From: Amoebophrya sp. A120
Lineage: Eukaryota > Protista > Dinoflagellata
Assembly: GCA_905178155.1 (NCBI GenBank)
Contig: CAJINV010000006.1
Span: 3,501,402 to 3,565,401, forward strand
DNA length: 64,000 bases
Reading direction: 5' to 3'
This document shows, piece after piece, positions 61,501 through 64,000 of the stretch. Position 1 is the first letter of the stretch; every line of letters starts with the position of its first letter. The notes beneath the pieces were generated by a model. That model saw nothing but the letters and a program-made list of their open reading frames with translations, made no database searches and was not told the origin of the DNA. Made by a program: the position numbers and the translations under genes.

Positions 61501-61908
61501 AGCGTGGCGCAACTCAGATTACTGCATGCATGACAAGCGCCGCTCTTGCTGGGATCTTTTGCAATGCAAATTTTTGCTTTTCACGATTGGAAATCTGTGA
61601 CGCTGATAGATGCAAGAGGGCGAGTGTTTCGGTTGGAAAGGTTTGCAATACAAATGCTCCCAAGCTCGGGGGCGAGGAGGGCATTTTTCCTTGTAATACT
61701 TGGACAGGAGGTTTGCAGTTCCGTCGTCTGGCATTTCAATCCCTTCTTCCTCCATAAACGCGTCGACGTCTTGCATGTCGGCATCCTCTTGTTGTACCCC
61801 GTCCCCCGCTGCGGGAGGCTGCTCATTGCTCTCCTGCTGATCTTCTTCCGGGCTGTCGGCGGCTACTGCGGCGGCAGCCGACTTTTTGTCCTTCTTGCGC
61901 TTGGGCAT
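37548..61908 (-). CDS. SCC3: Cohesin subunit SA/Scc3 (STAG-domain HEAT-like protein); about 40 exons, first intron about 7.5 kb
   Basis: ATG at 61908 (MPKRKKDKK). NLLSK joins PKKIK across 54152-61698. ALSSCISFILDFSGL matches the SA N-terminus. Phase-1 GT-AG intron at about 52942-53441. STAG motif LRHTAT near 52345, then RLKDQNEKIRFEAV, LVDPDAGVRMKLL and ERCGDVEEKVAIQAVR. Confidence 0.8.
38218..38496. mobile_element. Introner family 3 (about 270-310 bp)
   Basis: TATCCTGAGGAAAAACGTCCCCACCCCA...TGGGGTGGGGACGTTTTTACACAGGATA, TSD CGCCG; others near 4340, 5072, 5673, 35743, 43003, 46851, 48637 and 54152. Confidence 0.92.
43440..43749. mobile_element. Introner family 12 (single copy in window)
   Basis: TATGAAAGCCTCAGAATGGAAAT...ATTTCCAACCTGAGGCGTTCATA, TSD ATCTG, internal GCATGACA/TGTCATGC motifs. 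Confidence 0.88.
43810..43984. mobile_element. Introner family 8 (about 160-235 bp, heterogeneous)
   Basis: TATC..A.AAAAA.TGT...ACACT.TTTC.TGYGATA, TSD CCGCG; relatives near 7172, 10989, 23503, 24848, 37936, 38809, 51686 and 52592. Confidence 0.82.
47185..47492. mobile_element. Introner family 9 (about 305 bp)
   Basis: TATGGATGTGTCAGGTTTGAAATCG...CGATTTCAACTCTGACACATCCATA, TSD TCCGC; others near 12725 and 37585. Confidence 0.9.
47567..48582. mobile_element. Family 1 introner expanded by a nested insertion
   Basis: Family-1 halves at 47567-47678 and 48429-48582, TSD CAGCT. Confidence 0.88.
47679..48428 (-). mobile_element. 750-bp nested insertion, possibly a 5'-truncated non-LTR retroelement or SINE-like element
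   Basis: TACATG duplicated on both sides; (ATCGC)3 at the left end; 32-bp tandem duplication at 47718-47749 and 47753-47784; no TIRs. Confidence 0.6.
55272..57700 (-). CDS. Integrase: HHCC zinc finger, DDE core and GPY/F module; split by an intron or frameshift near 57075-57170; 3' end uncertain
   Basis: AHLRSHGGVDAT...FTW...VQACEAC; AGID...GVPDHLNIDKGTE...HPQSNGAIES; KIGERVL...KKFLGPYVV. Confidence 0.88.
58137..58830 (-). CDS. OTU-like cysteine protease domain of the transposon (two segments)
   Basis: KIAGNGNCCPLSIA (Cys box); WLGHAFLEAAAQVMGLTICI...IRLQYDGRHYDAF (His box). Confidence 0.78.
59090..59737 (-). CDS. RepB-like (plasmid RepB'/AEP-superfamily) DNA primase domain, split by an introner
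   Basis: After removing 59272-59579: HYFFRP...WILVDLD...FVTRTSETCWQGWYKV...LGGDANANRAGQPGRLPGSRNPKPG. This matches the recalled RepB primase pattern DxD / xTSxxxxQxW / GGD...RLPGxxNxKP. Confidence 0.68.
59272..59579. mobile_element. Family 4 introner inside the transposon primase domain
   Basis: TATCAAAACGAAGCCCCCCCACCCCATA...TATGGGGACAGGGGGTTTCCATTCTGATA, TSD CGCCA/CGGCA. Confidence 0.85.
59831..60907 (-). CDS. N-terminal exons of the transposon protein, function unknown
   Basis: ATG at 60907 (MAIVSVGGDYDRAKAL...); protein-like ORFs 60575-60907 and 59831-60475 are separated by T-rich intron-like tracts. Confidence 0.5.
61195..61310. repeat. Cluster of short palindromic TCA(C/T/A)RYGAT units upstream of the transposon gene
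   Basis: GATCATATGATTATCACGCGATTGCTCACATGATAGTCATGTGAT...GATCACGTGATAATCAAATGATTATCACATGATA. Confidence 0.75.
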
Positions 61909-62703
61909 GGTTTTTGTATTTTTGAGTTTCGGTTTTTCTGAACTACCTGACTACGATTTATTCATTTTCGTGGTTCTGGTTGTGCTCTCTACAACAACTT
62001 CGTGGACTTCCTATACTGAAGATTTTTCTTTTCTATATTTTCTTTGTTGAACGCGTAATCTACTCTAAATCCTCGAGCATCACAGCTGCTTTCACTACTC
62101 CTTGGTCTCAAGAAAAACTCCAATCACACTACAACGACCTGGGAAAGAACCAGAAACGACTCAACACTTTCTGCTTGACCACATCGTCATCTCCTGCTCA
62201 AAAATATTGACATCGTCGTGCCACTGCCCCTATCATTGGTCCTTGAATAAAGCACACCACAAGGGTTTTCTTATAGCAATTGCAGCTGCGGTGCGTGCGC
62301 AAGCGCCGCATTCGTCCTCATCGCAGTTACTTAGTCGTGCCATCAATAGAACTAGAAGACCATTAATCTAGCACAATATTTAGTGTAGGGAACACTGGTT
62401 GGTGGTCGTCAAGATACATCTTCATGTGATGCTAGTATCTTTTTTCCAGACCAGGCCTAGCACCCGGTCACCCCGCATTCGAGGTCGTGGTAAGAGTGTT
62501 CAGCCATAGCGGCGCATCAAGATGGAGTTTTCATGATCTTCAATCTTCTTGGAATGGTAAACGAACGCTCGTCATCGCAGAGTTGCACAATCAGGTGCCG
62601 TCAGGAATGGGTGGAGTACTTACTTATACAACTGAACTCAACAACATCAGAAACGCATGTCCTCTCCAGCATGCGGAAATCAACGTCGATACCATGATGA
62701 TGA

Positions 62704-63414
62704 TCAACCAAGAGGACAACAGCGTAAGAGAAGGCGACCACGTCTCCTCCTCCGCCTCCCCTGCTTGTTCCCGTTTTCATCCTCGTCCAGATCCTGATCC
62801 AACACCAAAATCACGTCGTGCATCCCCTGCTCGACCAGTTTATTCTCCCCCGAACTCGCGAAGTGTATAACCTGCTCAGGTGTTACAAAAATCTCAAACG
62901 TTACAATAGAGTATGGAAATCTGTGACGCAAGAGTGCATGATCTGGCCAGCTCTCATAGGGTTGCGCATGACAAGTTCCGGAGCCCCGAACCCCACTGCA
63001 AATCTGGCGAAATTTGTATTGCAAAAAGTGGAACGCTGTGCGAGTCTGTCATGCTCATCATGCAACACAAATTCCAGACTCTGTTGCAACGTTTGAGATT
63101 GTAACAGCTGAGCAGGTTATAAAGTGGATGAAATTCTTCTGGTACTTGATCTTTTGCACCACCCAGTTCTCCTTGTAGCTGCCGTTTTTCGTATTTGTGC
63201 TACCGCCCGGCAGAGCAGACATCACTCCCAGCCCACCCGTCATTTTCGCCCGTTCCGCTTCCCATTGCGTTTTGATGATCCGGGCGACCTGGCCGTACGT
63301 TGTACCGTTCAAGACGTGGATGGTCAGGGATAAGCCGGACCCCTTTCCTTCGCCGTAGGGACCGTTGGGAAGGTCGGAGTGGAGCTGGAGGTCGACGACG
63401 ATGGGGAAATCCAT
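62704..63414 (-). CDS. Small protein (about 150 aa), possible ubiquitin-like fold with basic/Cys C-terminus
   Basis: ATG at 63414; family-5 introner 62866-63121 (TSD AAGTG) removes in frame: ...NFIHFASSGENKLVEQGMHDVILVL...RRRRRRGRLLLRCCPLG*. Confidence 0.55.
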
Positions 63415-63479
63415 TTTACGATCTTAGCGTTGGCACGTGCGGGGGACCCCGTTGGGCGTAACCACAAAAGCAGTGATGT

Positions 63480-64000
63480 ACTAGTAACTCATCTATGACG
63501 TGGCCTAGGTACGCACATACGACTCGGCACGCCAAATCGTATGTGGGGCGTTACAATTTTCGCGCTTTTTTCATCGAGAAAACCCGCCAAAAAGCAGCAC
63601 CGAGCCCGGTGCGGTTTGTAACGTATGGCAGCACCGAGCCCGCCAAAGTATGTCTTTTTGCCCACCTACAAAATTCGTATGGTAGCGGCGCGCCTTCACA
63701 ATACATTTTGGCGCACCGAGGCGGCGCGCAGAAACTTCGCTGGGAAGCGCCCGCCTTTGAAACATTATGCGCCTTCGCTGTGTACTTGCTTCTGTCATTC
63801 CTCGCGCCCGCATGATGTACGCCCGCGCGCGCCTTTGCCCATCGCATGCGCGACGCGCCGCGCAAGTCGGTGGCCCCAGACTAGTTTCGCACGCCTGTCC
63901 CTGGTGACGCGGGCGCCTTCGCCTGCTGCGTTTTTTACTTTGCCCTCGAACGCGGGCCAAGGTCCGGGCTTTGCTTTTCTACCCGCCAACAAGGCACGCG
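63480..64000. other. Start of another GC-rich, motif-free island running off the window edge
   Basis: GC rises towards 64000; 15-bp-stem hairpin at 63514-63545. Confidence 0.4.

Larger units (their letters stand above)
54293..61526 (-). mobile_element. Ginger-like TIR DNA transposon encoding RepB-like primase, OTU protease and retroviral-type integrase domains
   Basis: Termini TGCAGT...ACTGCA; imperfect TIR with repeated CTGA(A/G)TTG / CAA(C/T)TCAG; apparent 4-bp TSD TGCA in a palindromic context, so the exact boundary is ambiguous; no RT, gag or LTRs seen. Confidence 0.78.
54152..61698. mobile_element. Family-3-like introner expanded to 7.5 kb by a nested transposon
   Basis: TATTACAGTGAAAAATGCCC...GGGCATTTTTCCTTGTAATA, TSD CTTGG (54147-54151 and 61699-61703); removal restores the host frame. 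Confidence 0.9.

Noticed and set aside
161-63121. Recurring near-identical segments read as a CRISPR array
   Set aside because: They are dispersed TIR elements with TSDs, in variable orientation, separated by in-frame exons; no cas genes and no constant spacing

Overview
Eukaryotic nuclear DNA. It is most consistent with the parasitic dinoflagellate Amoebophrya (A120-like), inferred from the intron architecture rather than a database match. Seven host genes all lie on the minus strand: a discoidin-like protein, a START/Coq10-domain protein, a tail-anchored TPR protein, a large membrane protein, an unknown protein, a cytochrome b561 and cohesin SA/Scc3. An eighth small, possibly ubiquitin-like gene is on the same strand. 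Roughly 100 (counted by eye) non-GT-AG 'introner' insertions from at least 12 families split these genes. Nearly all begin TAT and end ATA, carry terminal inverted repeats (TIRs) and a 5-bp target-site duplication (TSD), and share one internal motif, GCAT(G/C/T)ACAA. Four things stand out. (1) A 7.2-kb TIR element encodes a plasmid-type RepB-like primase domain, an OTU protease and a Ginger/Gypsy-type integrase, and is nested in an introner inside the Scc3 gene. (2) A 5.15-kb TIR element sits in a coding sequence, and its precise removal restores the reading frame. (3) Islands lacking the motif appear to have drifted directionally from A/T to G/C. (4) The motif also occurs in canonical introns and long exons. 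All gene models were assembled by hand, so exon boundaries are approximate without RNA data.
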